A DNA stretch of 64,000 bases from a virus (lineage: Duplodnaviria > Caudoviricetes): IMG/VR virus record IMGVR_UViG_3300025892_000008. One strand, given 5' to 3'. A program made the position numbers and the translations under genes. The stretch's first letter is position 1; each line of letters starts with the position of its first letter. This document shows, piece after piece, positions 1 to 9,733 of this stretch. The notes under the pieces are model-generated. The model had not been told where the DNA came from. It worked only from the letters and a program-made list of their open reading frames with translations, and did not search any database.

Positions 1-333
1 TCTAACAATATCGTCATGATTAAATTCAGCCCAGTACAATTCAAAAGCAACTCCATCTTCTAGTCCTTCAAACTGATGTATCTTTCCTGGCTTTACCTGT
101 GTGAATTCACCTGCTTCGAGAATAGTTTCATCTACTAGTCCTTCTTGATCAGCATCTTGCCAAACACGTACAATCATCTTGCCCGATTCAACAAAGAATC
201 CGTTCCATTTATATTGATGTTCGTGTTCTGAACATTTATAACCTGCTTTATATTCAATACGATGAAACTCTAGTACACCGTTCGCATGAATGAGTTCTGT
301 TTGTCCCCATATTTTACCTGCTTTCATAGTCAT
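1..333 (-). CDS. Cupin-fold protein (sugar isomerase/epimerase-like), 3' end runs off the window
   Basis: Not in the ORF track. Manual translation: MTMKAGKIWGQTELIHANGVLEFHRIEYKAGYKCSEHEHQYKWNGFFVESGKM...KPGKIHQFEGLEDGVAFELY. It has cupin HxH and PGxxH motifs, an AGGAAGG SD and GATAAGTA upstream. Confidence 0.75.
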   Translation of the reverse strand, partial: MTMKAGKIWGQTELIHANGVLEFHRIEYKAGYKCSEHEHQYKWNGFFVESGKMIVRVWQDADQEGLVDETILEAGEFTQVKPGKIHQFEGLEDGVAFELYWAEFNHDDIVR

Positions 334-369
334 ATACCTTCCTTTTCTTTTCGGCGTTATCAATACTTA

Positions 370-876
370 TCACATCAAATCTCCCACAGAAACTATTTCT
401 GATTGTCTGCTTATTTCTTTTACAAAAAATGCACATGGTGGGTTGTACTCGTTGTGTAGTGGTACTGATAGTAATTGTCCGTTTTTCATTTTAGGAAAAT
501 ACCATCTAACATCTTGATAGATGTTAATTATTTCTATATCAGTATAATCTAATTTATATCCTTTAATTGGATTAAAAACAAATGCTTCAAATCCTCTTTC
601 GTTGATAGATGTAAGCGGCAATATTTCTGGGTCAGACCCGCTTTCACTATCTCCAACTAGTATTGACCAATCTAAAGGCATCTTAACTTCATGCCCACCA
701 ATTTTCATCAGTATGGCTGGGCTGTTAAATGATTCTAAAAATATAAGTGGTTGGAAAAAGAAGTCCGGATTCTTAGGATCCGAATTATCCAACACACTAA
801 ATCTAGCATCTGCTTCAACTTCTTCTGGCAATTCATTCAAGTCAAATGCTTTGTTCTCTAAGGTTAATATTCTCAT
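370..876 (-). CDS. Hypothetical protein (168 aa), beta-rich, downstream of the helicase
   Basis: Start moved to MRILTLEN because ATG 874-876 overlaps the upstream TAA (TAATG coupling). Confidence 0.7.
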   Translation of the reverse strand: MRILTLENKAFDLNELPEEVEADARFSVLDNSDPKNPDFFFQPLIFLESFNSPAILMKIGGHEVKMPLDWSILVGDSESGSDPEILPLTSINERGFEAFVFNPIKGYKLDYTDIEIINIYQDVRWYFPKMKNGQLLSVPLHNEYNPPCAFFVKEISRQSEIVSVGDLM

Positions 877-1412
877 TAGTTCTCCTGTATTCCTGTGTAT
901 ACCTTGTCTTGTTTGGCAAACCAAACATTATCAGGACCAACTTCGTAGTATCCTATAACATCTTTTACTGCTGCTTCTACAGATGGATAATCGATATCAT
1001 GACCCATCATCCAACCTGTAGGTTTAAGTTTAGGTAACCAGGCTTGTAAATCTTTTTTAACGTTTTTGTATGTGTGCGAAGCATCGATAAAGAAAAAGTC
1101 TAAAGAATAATCTTCGACAAAATCTGGAGATACTCTGCTATCTGTTTCGTATGTTTTTAAACGGTAACCGTATTTTTCTTTTACATTATTATTAAAGAAT
1201 TGGTTTATATCTTTGTCTATTGCATACATTTCACACTGTACATTATTATTTAAAATGTGAAAAGTTGTTTTGCCTGTTCGTACGCCTATTTCTGCACCTA
1301 ATTTTAAGTTATTATTCTTTACAATATCTGAAACAAAGTGCTCTCTTGTTCCGCTAGTAACTGATGTAAATTTTACATCATGTTTTATCTTTATGTCGTT
1401 GCTTACTTTCAT
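876..1412 (-). CDS. Class I SAM-dependent methyltransferase (Methyltransf_24-like)
   Basis: GAEIGVRTGKTT motif I; DFFFIDASHTY; W..LK..G.M.GHD. Confidence 0.8.
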   Translation of the reverse strand: MKVSNDIKIKHDVKFTSVTSGTREHFVSDIVKNNNLKLGAEIGVRTGKTTFHILNNNVQCEMYAIDKDINQFFNNNVKEKYGYRLKTYETDSRVSPDFVEDYSLDFFFIDASHTYKNVKKDLQAWLPKLKPTGWMMGHDIDYPSVEAAVKDVIGYYEVGPDNVWFAKQDKVYTGIQEN

Positions 1413-2860
1413 GTATCTACCTTTGTTACTGAGTGTGGATATTTTGCTTCTCTGTAAAATCTTTTTCTTTCTGTAAGATGTCTTTTTGCATATTTACAAG
1501 TAGAAGTTATATCCCAAATCTGGACAAAATCTTTGTCCTCTGCTTTCCGTATACCGCGGCCAATTGACTGAATAACACGAACAAAAGACTTACCAGGCTC
1601 AATAAGAACAAGGTTAAAAATCCTAGGAATGTTAATACCCACAGCGGCAACTCCGTAAGTAGCAACAATGATTTTGCCATCACTTGTTTTAATTTCGTCA
1701 TATTGTTCTTTACGGTCATCAAGTTTTACATCCCCTTTGATAAATGTAGCATCTGGTATATTTTTTATTAACTTATTACCTGTGTCTATTCTGTTTACAA
1801 GTACAAGTGTATTACCGTTGTTTGCAACTTTCTTAATATGATTGCTAATATATGTTAATCGCTTTTCATCTGTAACTAACCATGTATATTCTTCTTGATA
1901 ATTTCTAAATTCTTCAATGTCTTTTGTTTGTACAATTTGTATATCAAGTTTTGCCAACACACCTCGTTCCTGCAAGTCGTGTGCCGATACGTTATTAATT
2001 ACAGGACCAATTCCTGCAAGTATGCCTTGAAACTCCCACTTTTCCTTAGGCACTGTACCAGTTAGTCCCCAACGTATAGGAGCATTACGAAAGTTTACGG
2101 TAAGTAGTTTTTTCAGTACGTCTGCTTTTGCTTGATGCACTTCATCTATGATTACTGCACTTACTCCTTCAGTAAATTCAGCAAGTGTTAGGCTATCAGT
2201 ATCATGTTTTTTCTTATCTAACACATTAAGACTTTGCCATGTACAAATAGTATGTGTATGATTTAATTCTTTTCTATCACCAAAATATACACCTACATCT
2301 AATCCACAGTTTTTATAATCTTCTTCAGTTTGCACAACAAGACTTTTATTTGGCACAATAACCATTGTACGACCATAAGGCTCGCATAGATGCGAAAGGG
2401 TAGCAGTTGTAATTGTTTTACCTGCGCCAGTTGCTACTTCTTGTAAACTTTGTGGATTTTCTAAAAACTTGTTAACTACATCATATTGATAATCACGAAG
2501 AATAACAGGCTTGCCTGCTTCAGCATGTCCTTCTGGCCAACATATACCTTGGTCGGCCCAATAATTTTCTGTAATTTTCTCAAAGTCTAATTTAGTAGGA
2601 TTGCGCTGATCTATTACTTCTATATCATATCCTGACTCTTCAACTATAGGCAATGCAATGTCAAGATGTGCTACAAATCCATTACCACCAATACCAAAGA
2701 AACTGACAGTGCCGTCCCATCTGCCTAGTTTAAAGGCAGGCATATGACGTGCATAAGGTAAATCAAATTTAAGTTTGTTTACAATCTTTCTGCGTGTTTC
2801 AACAGCAAGTCCTTCAAACTTTACGTTTACTTCGTCTTTTATAATTAACTTACAGTTCAA
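1409..2860 (-). CDS. uvsW: UvsW-like superfamily 2 DNA helicase
   Basis: LRDYQ Q-motif, ATGAGKT Walker A, DEVH, GLTGT, QSIGRGIR; length and T4-like context match. Confidence 0.9.
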   Translation of the reverse strand: MNCKLIIKDEVNVKFEGLAVETRRKIVNKLKFDLPYARHMPAFKLGRWDGTVSFFGIGGNGFVAHLDIALPIVEESGYDIEVIDQRNPTKLDFEKITENYWADQGICWPEGHAEAGKPVILRDYQYDVVNKFLENPQSLQEVATGAGKTITTATLSHLCEPYGRTMVIVPNKSLVVQTEEDYKNCGLDVGVYFGDRKELNHTHTICTWQSLNVLDKKKHDTDSLTLAEFTEGVSAVIIDEVHQAKADVLKKLLTVNFRNAPIRWGLTGTVPKEKWEFQGILAGIGPVINNVSAHDLQERGVLAKLDIQIVQTKDIEEFRNYQEEYTWLVTDEKRLTYISNHIKKVANNGNTLVLVNRIDTGNKLIKNIPDATFIKGDVKLDDRKEQYDEIKTSDGKIIVATYGVAAVGINIPRIFNLVLIEPGKSFVRVIQSIGRGIRKAEDKDFVQIWDITSTCKYAKRHLTERKRFYREAKYPHSVTKVDT

Positions 2861-4052
2861 CTATTGTTTCTCCATATTGTTTAACAGGCTTATAATCACC
2901 GATGTATATTACACAAGGATGTGATTTAAGCATTGCTTTACCACTTGAATTTAGTCCAGGTAGAAGTTCGTTACTTGCAACTATTATAACATCTTTTTCG
3001 TCTTTGAACAACCACTTTGCAGGCTTTTCTCTGAATATTAAAAATTTAGCAGTATCAATCTTGCCGCCGAAGCCATTTTCGCTTACCCAATTGTTAAAAT
3101 CTTTATCCGTTTTGTTACTAGGTCTGAAGCAAACTCTAAAATCTATTTTATTATAACCGCCTGCATCAATGTTATCTGCTAATTGTTTAATCCATTCAAT
3201 TGCATGATCAGGAGCATTTTGTAAAGGTTTGTCTAGCAAAATAACAATTTTTCCTGTAACTCCATAACATATTTTTAGAAATTTTTGTATATCACTACAA
3301 TGAAATATATTTGTTTTATTACTTGCTATTTTTTTCCAAACTGTACTTTTCTTTCCGTAATAAAGATGTCCTAAATTTTTAGCAAGCATCAAATCATTAT
3401 TTGTCCTATTATTTTTATGCTTATTAAAGTACCTTTGTGTTTCATCAACAGCATTATGCAATCTAATTTCGCCATTTATATCTGACATTGTTTTTAAATA
3501 TTGATCTTGATTGTTCCAAATTTCTTCAACTTGTGATAGTGCTTCAATTGCACTGTCCATTATTTCAAAGTCTTTATTTTTTAAAAACTCAATTAGATTT
3601 ACTAGATTAAAATCATACAACGATAATTTTCTAACCTTTCTTTCTTGATCCCAAAGACTCTTAGCAATCATGTATTCATCAGATTTTCCAATGCTTTCAT
3701 CAAACTCTGCCTTAAACGCAAAAGGAAACTTTAAGCAAATCCAATGCGTTTTATCTTCGTCTTGTTCAACCCATACTAGTTTTCTGTTATCAACTGTTCT
3801 AAAAGGTTTAGCCCATACAGGATTTTCTAATAAGTCTCTATAATCGTAAAACTGAGCGCAAGTATTTCTATACTTTGTAAGTATTTTTAAAATGTATGCA
3901 CCTTGCTTTTCTGTAATATCTTTACCTTCTGCTAATGTTAAATTAAAACTAGATGCTGCTCTTAAATCATGAGGTTGCATACCAAGACGGTTTGCTTGCA
4001 TAGTGGAATAAAATTCCAAGAATATTTCTTCAATAAAAAACTTGTTTAACAT
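2850..4052 (-). CDS. Hypothetical protein (400 aa) coupled to uvsW
   Basis: Long ORF overlapping the uvsW start by 11 nt; sigma70-type promoter immediately upstream. Confidence 0.75.
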   Translation of the reverse strand: MLNKFFIEEIFLEFYSTMQANRLGMQPHDLRAASSFNLTLAEGKDITEKQGAYILKILTKYRNTCAQFYDYRDLLENPVWAKPFRTVDNRKLVWVEQDEDKTHWICLKFPFAFKAEFDESIGKSDEYMIAKSLWDQERKVRKLSLYDFNLVNLIEFLKNKDFEIMDSAIEALSQVEEIWNNQDQYLKTMSDINGEIRLHNAVDETQRYFNKHKNNRTNNDLMLAKNLGHLYYGKKSTVWKKIASNKTNIFHCSDIQKFLKICYGVTGKIVILLDKPLQNAPDHAIEWIKQLADNIDAGGYNKIDFRVCFRPSNKTDKDFNNWVSENGFGGKIDTAKFLIFREKPAKWLFKDEKDVIIVASNELLPGLNSSGKAMLKSHPCVIYIGDYKPVKQYGETIVEL

Positions 4053-4058
4053 ATTGTT

Positions 4059-4087
4059 ATTATAACGTAGTTGAGCTAAGAAGTCAA
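4059..4087 (-). promoter_or_regulatory. Sigma70-type early promoter TTGACT-17-TATAAT
   Basis: -35 at 4087-4082 and -10 at 4064-4059; ATG of the 400-aa gene follows 6 nt after the -10. Confidence 0.75.
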
Positions 4088-4944
4088 TGACTTACTTGCG
4101 TTTTAATAAACTTTTCTAATCGTTTGATAGGAATACCTTGTTGAATTTCTTCAACTGTCCACTCACAATGTGTAAGTTTAGTAAACCATAAAAGTCTATC
4201 ATCAGGCAGTTTAGGGTCTTCAATATTATCTATAGTATCACTTACAGGATATGCTAGGCTGCTCTTGTCTGTAATTACCGGCGTGCCTGCAATTGCAGCA
4301 AGTATCGGAGGTCCACTGTTATGATTTATAACTACATGATAATTATATACAATATCAAAGTTATCATATGTGCCACTTACTTGTATAGGTTGCTGTCTTG
4401 TTACATTTGTAAATTCATGTTCAATACCAGGCATCGGCGACCTTGGATGCGGCCTAATAACAATAGGGCGATTTGTAATTTTTCTAATCTTATCTATTGT
4501 TTGCATAGTCCAATCAGTCATAGAAGTCATACCTTTCCACTGCAAACTTTTTTCGTGCTGTGTAGCAATTAATATCTTGTTGCTTCTATTGACGTTAGGT
4601 AAAGACATTTGTAATCCTAACTTCTTAGGTCTGTCTACATCGATATCCTCGTTAGCACCAAATTCTCCTAAGCCATTGATATGGTTAAGACATATACGCC
4701 AAGTTTCATTTCTTTTTAAATTACCTACTTCTATAATTATAATAGGTTTATTTTGTGCAATACATGCTTCGTAAATTTGTTGATTAGGACTCATTCTTCC
4801 ATGCCACAACACACTCCAAATAACAGTAACATCTTCGTTATTATCTACTATTTGGTGTCCTTGTGCTTTAAGTCCTTGTTCAAATGCATCAAATATGCTA
4901 GGACTGTTTAGTGCTCCGTGCTGTCGGAAAAGTTTGAAACGCAT
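4084..4944 (-). CDS. GT-B glycosyltransferase-like protein, KpsS/KpsC (capsule synthesis)-like, paralog A
   Basis: RPIVIRPHP, VINHNSGPPILAAIAGTPV, WTVEEIQQG; start moved to MRFKLF (GGAGA SD). Confidence 0.6.
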   Translation of the reverse strand: MRFKLFRQHGALNSPSIFDAFEQGLKAQGHQIVDNNEDVTVIWSVLWHGRMSPNQQIYEACIAQNKPIIIIEVGNLKRNETWRICLNHINGLGEFGANEDIDVDRPKKLGLQMSLPNVNRSNKILIATQHEKSLQWKGMTSMTDWTMQTIDKIRKITNRPIVIRPHPRSPMPGIEHEFTNVTRQQPIQVSGTYDNFDIVYNYHVVINHNSGPPILAAIAGTPVITDKSSLAYPVSDTIDNIEDPKLPDDRLLWFTKLTHCEWTVEEIQQGIPIKRLEKFIKTQVSH

Positions 4945-4983
4945 GATGTCTCCAATAAATATAGTAGTATTTAATGGTTTAGA

Positions 4984-5382
4984 ATGAATAAATTTCAAAA
5001 AAGATTATCAAAAAACATAAGAAATCATCCAAACGACTGCCTTGTGATCGGAGACGGCTTTGGACATATTCAAGACTTTTTAGGTATGTTTAATACAGTG
5101 TTTGTACTAGAAAGTACATTAGAACTTAAAGTAAAAAATCTTATACAACGAAAAGATTTTCAAAGTGTATTTCAGTTAGCCAACGTAAGTGGAGTTTTTA
5201 TTGATTTGGATAAAGTAGAATTTATAGATAATATATCTCCTTTACTAACTAAAGGCCCTGATGTGTTTGTTGAAGGTAACGATGTACTTGAAAGGAAATA
5301 TACTAAAGTCTTATATCAATTAGGATATGTAGCAGTTGCACAGTTAGGATATATGCATCAGTGGAGTTCAAGAGGAGTTTAA
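4984..5382 (+). CDS. Hypothetical protein (132 aa)
   Basis: ORF divergent from paralog A, preceded by AATAAATA; abuts the next + strand gene. Confidence 0.65.
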   Translation: MNKFQKRLSKNIRNHPNDCLVIGDGFGHIQDFLGMFNTVFVLESTLELKVKNLIQRKDFQSVFQLANVSGVFIDLDKVEFIDNISPLLTKGPDVFVEGNDVLERKYTKVLYQLGYVAVAQLGYMHQWSSRGV

Positions 5383-5383
5383 A

Positions 5384-6232
5384 ATGAATGTAACAGTTAT
5401 TACTACTTTTCATAAGCAGGGTTACGATACCTATGGAAAACGTATGATAGAATCGTTCTTAAAAAATTGGCCTAGTAGTATTAAGTTGTACGTGTACGCA
5501 GAAGATTGCACAGTAACTGAATCTGCACCAAACTTAATTGTTAAAGACTTACATCAATCTAGTCCTGAGCTTGTAGCATTTAAAAATAAATGGAAAGGCG
5601 TACCTAAAGCAAATGGTGATGTTAGTGCTGATCCAATTAGAAGTAAAAGAAAAGACAGCGGCAAGGGATTTAAATGGCATGCTGTTCGTTTTGCACACAA
5701 GGTTTATAGTATTTTTTCTTGTGCAAAAGAATGCAATACGGAATGGTTAATGTGGATGGATGCAGATACTATTTGTCACAGTCCTATATCAGAAAAACAA
5801 ATATCAAGGTTACTACCAGATAAGCAAGAACTTTGTTACTTAGGAAGAAAAGGAAAATATAGTGAATGCGGATTATACGCTATGCGTTTAACTTCTGAAA
5901 ACACTATAAACTTTTTAAAAGAATTTCAACGTGTATATGATGATGCAGAAGGTAATGGCGGCATCTTTTCAATGGCAGAATGGCATGATAGTTTTGTATT
6001 TGACGGTGTAAGAACACGCTTCTCTAATTTTAAACAAACTGATTGGGCAGCATCATTAAATGATATTAGACCACGACCGGGTATGAGTACAGGTGAAGGT
6101 CATCCACTAATAAACTGCGAGTGGGGTGCATATCTAGATCATCTTAAAGGTGGTAGAAAACAACTTGGACAAAGTAAAAGAGACGATTTAAAAGTTCCAA
6201 GAACAGAACCTTATTGGCAACAGTTTAAATAA
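5384..6232 (+). CDS. GT-A fold glycosyltransferase
   Basis: VITTFH..GY N-terminus, FAHKVY, WMDADT DxD motif, EWHDSFVFD, DHLKG; GGAG SD. Confidence 0.75.
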   Translation: MNVTVITTFHKQGYDTYGKRMIESFLKNWPSSIKLYVYAEDCTVTESAPNLIVKDLHQSSPELVAFKNKWKGVPKANGDVSADPIRSKRKDSGKGFKWHAVRFAHKVYSIFSCAKECNTEWLMWMDADTICHSPISEKQISRLLPDKQELCYLGRKGKYSECGLYAMRLTSENTINFLKEFQRVYDDAEGNGGIFSMAEWHDSFVFDGVRTRFSNFKQTDWAASLNDIRPRPGMSTGEGHPLINCEWGAYLDHLKGGRKQLGQSKRDDLKVPRTEPYWQQFK

Positions 6233-7142
6233 ATTTTCTAAAAAACTGCCAGGCTTCACCGGATCTTAATTCATCAAAATTCCAATGACACATAGAAAGT
6301 TTTTCAATCCATGCTTGTCTATCAAACATTTTTGGATCTTCTAAACTTTTTAGATTAGTATTACAAACATCTGCTGCTTGGCTTTCTTGAGCATTAGTTA
6401 AAAATACAGGTACACCTTCAATTGAACTTGCAACTGCTGGACTACTATTGTGCAATACTGTTGCCCAAGCATTTTGTAAATCCTGTAGTACATGTTGTGT
6501 GCTTAATGTAACATTTTTATACTTGTTAAGTAAAAGATAGTTACGCCATTTCTTATCACCAGGATGAGGCCTTACAACAATAGGTCTATCAGTGAACGTT
6601 TGTATTTGTTTGATAGTTTGATCTAACCAGTTTTGTACAGGAATACCTTTCATGCTCCACCCACCGTTGCGTTGACAACATACTAGTATATGATTACCAG
6701 TTTTTCTATATGGTTTTAAACTAAGTCCGAGATTAGCACTAATCTTTTGCCAACGTGTCGGATCAACTTCTTCAGTAAAATAATAACCCGTAGTAGGAAA
6801 TACTCCGTCAAAACTATATCTTAGGTAGTGTTTAGTATTGCCAGGATCAGCATAAAGAAATAAATTACTATCAACTATCAAACTTCTTTTACCTGTTTGT
6901 TTCTGTTGTTCTACTGCACGCTGTCGCAACTGCAAGTGCGGTGCTGTCTTACCGTGTTCATGAACAAATCCTTGTATAAGTGCAACATCACAATCAATAG
7001 TATTGAAACCCTGATGTGCAATTGCACGATCACCAGTTACTTGTACTCCTTGTAGGAAGTTATTAAGTATTAACGGTTTTTCTGGATTATTGTTATTAGG
7101 AGGAATACCTCCAAAATATGCCACTGCTGTAAAATTAGCCAT
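6225..7142 (-). CDS. GT-B KpsS/KpsC-like protein, paralog B
   Basis: RPIVVRPHP, VLHNSSPAVASSIEGVPV, WNFDELRSG; start taken at MANF. Confidence 0.6.
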   Translation of the reverse strand: MANFTAVAYFGGIPPNNNNPEKPLILNNFLQGVQVTGDRAIAHQGFNTIDCDVALIQGFVHEHGKTAPHLQLRQRAVEQQKQTGKRSLIVDSNLFLYADPGNTKHYLRYSFDGVFPTTGYYFTEEVDPTRWQKISANLGLSLKPYRKTGNHILVCCQRNGGWSMKGIPVQNWLDQTIKQIQTFTDRPIVVRPHPGDKKWRNYLLLNKYKNVTLSTQHVLQDLQNAWATVLHNSSPAVASSIEGVPVFLTNAQESQAADVCNTNLKSLEDPKMFDRQAWIEKLSMCHWNFDELRSGEAWQFFRKFI

Positions 7143-8277
7143 GATACTTATCAACTATCCTTTTTGCTGTTCCATTTATTAGTTCTTCTTTGGTAAACTG
7201 GCTATAACTTAGCATGCACAACCATTTAGATATATCTCCATAATATAGGTCGTTTATATCACTAAGTTTGTTTCTAGTTACAGGATTAGTTATATGTGTT
7301 CCTAATGTTATTGCAGGTATACCAGCCCATATTGCTTCTGTAGCAGCATTACTATTAATACTTACTACACAACAATAATCCTCGTCTAATAACTGCTTAA
7401 TCAACTTAGGACGCTGTCTAAGAGGTGCTTTCTTTCTAAATACAATACGTTTGTCTGTGTATTTTCTTAATTCTTTAGCAACATCATACTTCCATGTTTT
7501 TAAATTTATATGAAAAACATTTGCTGCAAATGGTCCAGGTTCTATCACATAAATTATCTCACCATTCTTGCGCCACGGCACAGGAAAAATAGGAAAGTTC
7601 TTCAATCTACTTGTAGGTGCATCAAATGATTTACCAAAGTGCATATGATTACGAACTAGTCTATGCCATTTTTTATTTGGTTCTAGAAAATTTGTATAAC
7701 CACTATCTATAAACCACATAGGATATTGTTTATCAATTTTCGTTACTAATAGTTCTTCATTACCTACAGTATTCCTAATTAAGCAATCTTCTTTGTAGTT
7801 TTTAAACTCTTTTCTTCTTATTAGTTGAGGGTTCTTTGTTAACGTATTACCTGTACCTTTTACAAAATCTTTATAAGGGCTTTTTTGATACTTTTGTAAA
7901 ATATATTCTTTACCTAATCTTTCTATAAATGTTTCTATATTGCTGTGAACTCCGTGAAATATATCTTGTTTAGTTTTTCCTCTTTCTTCTTTTATAGTTC
8001 TAACATATAACTCTAGATCTCTACTTACACCTTTAAATATTTTTTCGTAGAGTTTGTTCTTGCCAGCATCATCTATATGATCTTTTGGTGGAATAAAATC
8101 TTGTCCTTTTAACATAGCACGACGTTTACGTTCTGACTCTCTTTCTGCAAATGCGTTAGTAACTTCGTTCAAATTAAAATCTGTTACTTCATCAATTCTT
8201 TTTGCTACTTGCTTTTCCAAATTTATTAAACTTATTAAAAAATTTGCAATTTCTTTATTGTTTAATAAAAGTTTCAT
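7135..8277 (-). CDS. GT-B KpsS/KpsC-like protein, paralog C, with N-terminal helical extension
   Basis: FIDSGY, VSINSNAATEAIWAGIPA, SQFTKEELING. Confidence 0.6.
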   Translation of the reverse strand: MKLLLNNKEIANFLISLINLEKQVAKRIDEVTDFNLNEVTNAFAERESERKRRAMLKGQDFIPPKDHIDDAGKNKLYEKIFKGVSRDLELYVRTIKEERGKTKQDIFHGVHSNIETFIERLGKEYILQKYQKSPYKDFVKGTGNTLTKNPQLIRRKEFKNYKEDCLIRNTVGNEELLVTKIDKQYPMWFIDSGYTNFLEPNKKWHRLVRNHMHFGKSFDAPTSRLKNFPIFPVPWRKNGEIIYVIEPGPFAANVFHINLKTWKYDVAKELRKYTDKRIVFRKKAPLRQRPKLIKQLLDEDYCCVVSINSNAATEAIWAGIPAITLGTHITNPVTRNKLSDINDLYYGDISKWLCMLSYSQFTKEELINGTAKRIVDKYHG

Positions 8278-9053
8278 GAATATTCTTCCGTTAGTTCGTA
8301 TGCTGTACCGTTTTCTATTTCTTCAATAGTAAACTGCCCGTAGGCTAGACTTGCACATTGTTGTTCAATTATTTGTTGGGTTGGCTTAAATGGGTTTGAT
8401 AAATCTTCAATGTTATGCGATGCTAAAGGACTTGCGGCACACGGAACACTTACAAATGCAGGAACACCATGTACTACAGATTCCATTGCAGCCATACTAT
8501 TCATAGTTACTGTTGCATATGTTCCGCTGTCTAAAGCATCGTATATTGTGTATTCTTTTACTCTTGCGGATCTTGATCCTTTTACTCTTACTTCAATTGG
8601 TAAGTTGCTATACTTTTCAATATTTGAAGTAGTTTCTTTTACCCACGTATCATAATCTATTCCATAATATCTACATGCTTTGGGGTTAGGTAAAACTAAT
8701 AAAATTTTCTTGTTATTATTTTTCCATCCAGACCAACTAAGACTAGGATCTTGTTCTAGTAGTTTCTGCCATCTGTCAGTTGGAACATTTCTTATTTTAG
8801 AATGCTGGTTTTCGTTTTTAACTACTCTGTGCCAAAGTTTTTTACCGCTTGGATTTCCTTTACTAACAAAGTTACCAAGATAGCCTGTATCAATATAGTA
8901 AAAATCTCTGCCTGCTTTGATGCATGCATTTACATGATCTTTTTTTATTACGCCTCTAACAACAAGAGGTTTAGAAGTATCTTTAGGGTCTGTAGTTAAC
9001 TTACCGCCAGAACCTATAACTAGTGATTCTTCTAAACTAAGTTTGTTTGCCAT
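8274..9053 (-). CDS. GT-B KpsS/KpsC-like protein, paralog D
   Basis: YYIDTGY, WHRVVKN, VTMNSMAAMESVVHGVPA, GQFTIEEIENG. Confidence 0.6.
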   Translation of the reverse strand: MANKLSLEESLVIGSGGKLTTDPKDTSKPLVVRGVIKKDHVNACIKAGRDFYYIDTGYLGNFVSKGNPSGKKLWHRVVKNENQHSKIRNVPTDRWQKLLEQDPSLSWSGWKNNNKKILLVLPNPKACRYYGIDYDTWVKETTSNIEKYSNLPIEVRVKGSRSARVKEYTIYDALDSGTYATVTMNSMAAMESVVHGVPAFVSVPCAASPLASHNIEDLSNPFKPTQQIIEQQCASLAYGQFTIEEIENGTAYELTEEYS

Positions 9054-9733
9054 TAAACCTCGTCTTCCATCATATTAAATAATTCATTTTTCCATTCAGC
9101 ATGAAATTCACAGTCTCTATAATTTTCAAACCACGGTCCACCTTCTGTGTAATGAATTAGTTTTGGTTTTTTAATATCATCATATACACCTACTAGATAG
9201 TTCCATGTGTGATCAATGCTACCAATTTCTTCATCTTTTAACCAACTAAAGCGATGCATATATGCTCCGTTGAGTTCAGTTTCGTTTACAAAGTCTTGAT
9301 TAACAACTTTGTTACTAGGGTGTCCACAGTTCCATAATACCATCGAGCTCCAATTCTTACGTGGATAGATTGTTTGTTTTTGACCATCCATCTTTGTAGT
9401 TTCAGTTACTTTATAATCATGTTGTACACACATAACAGCATACTTGTCATCTGCTTGTTCAAACAGTTCTGCAATATCTGTTGTTAATATCATGTCACTG
9501 TCCATGAACACTGCCCAACCTTTAAAGTTAGTTAGTTCTGGTATCAAAAATCTTGTAAACGTAAATTCTGTTGATGCTAATTTATCAATGGGTCTTTTGT
9601 ACCATCCTGCATCTCTTAGTTCTTGTTGTTTAAGAGGAATTACTTCAGCCTCTTTACTTCTTGCAATAATGCTGTGCTTACATACTTGATATGCAATATC
9701 TTCTCTTGTATCGTATCCTACAAATACTTTCAT
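9053..9733 (-). CDS. GT-A glycosyltransferase (GT8-like)
   Basis: KVFVGYD.RE, FTFTRFLIP, FMDSDM DxD motif, YPRKNWSS, IHYTEGGPW. Confidence 0.8.
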   Translation of the reverse strand: MKVFVGYDTREDIAYQVCKHSIIARSKEAEVIPLKQQELRDAGWYKRPIDKLASTEFTFTRFLIPELTNFKGWAVFMDSDMILTTDIAELFEQADDKYAVMCVQHDYKVTETTKMDGQKQTIYPRKNWSSMVLWNCGHPSNKVVNQDFVNETELNGAYMHRFSWLKDEEIGSIDHTWNYLVGVYDDIKKPKLIHYTEGGPWFENYRDCEFHAEWKNELFNMMEDEV

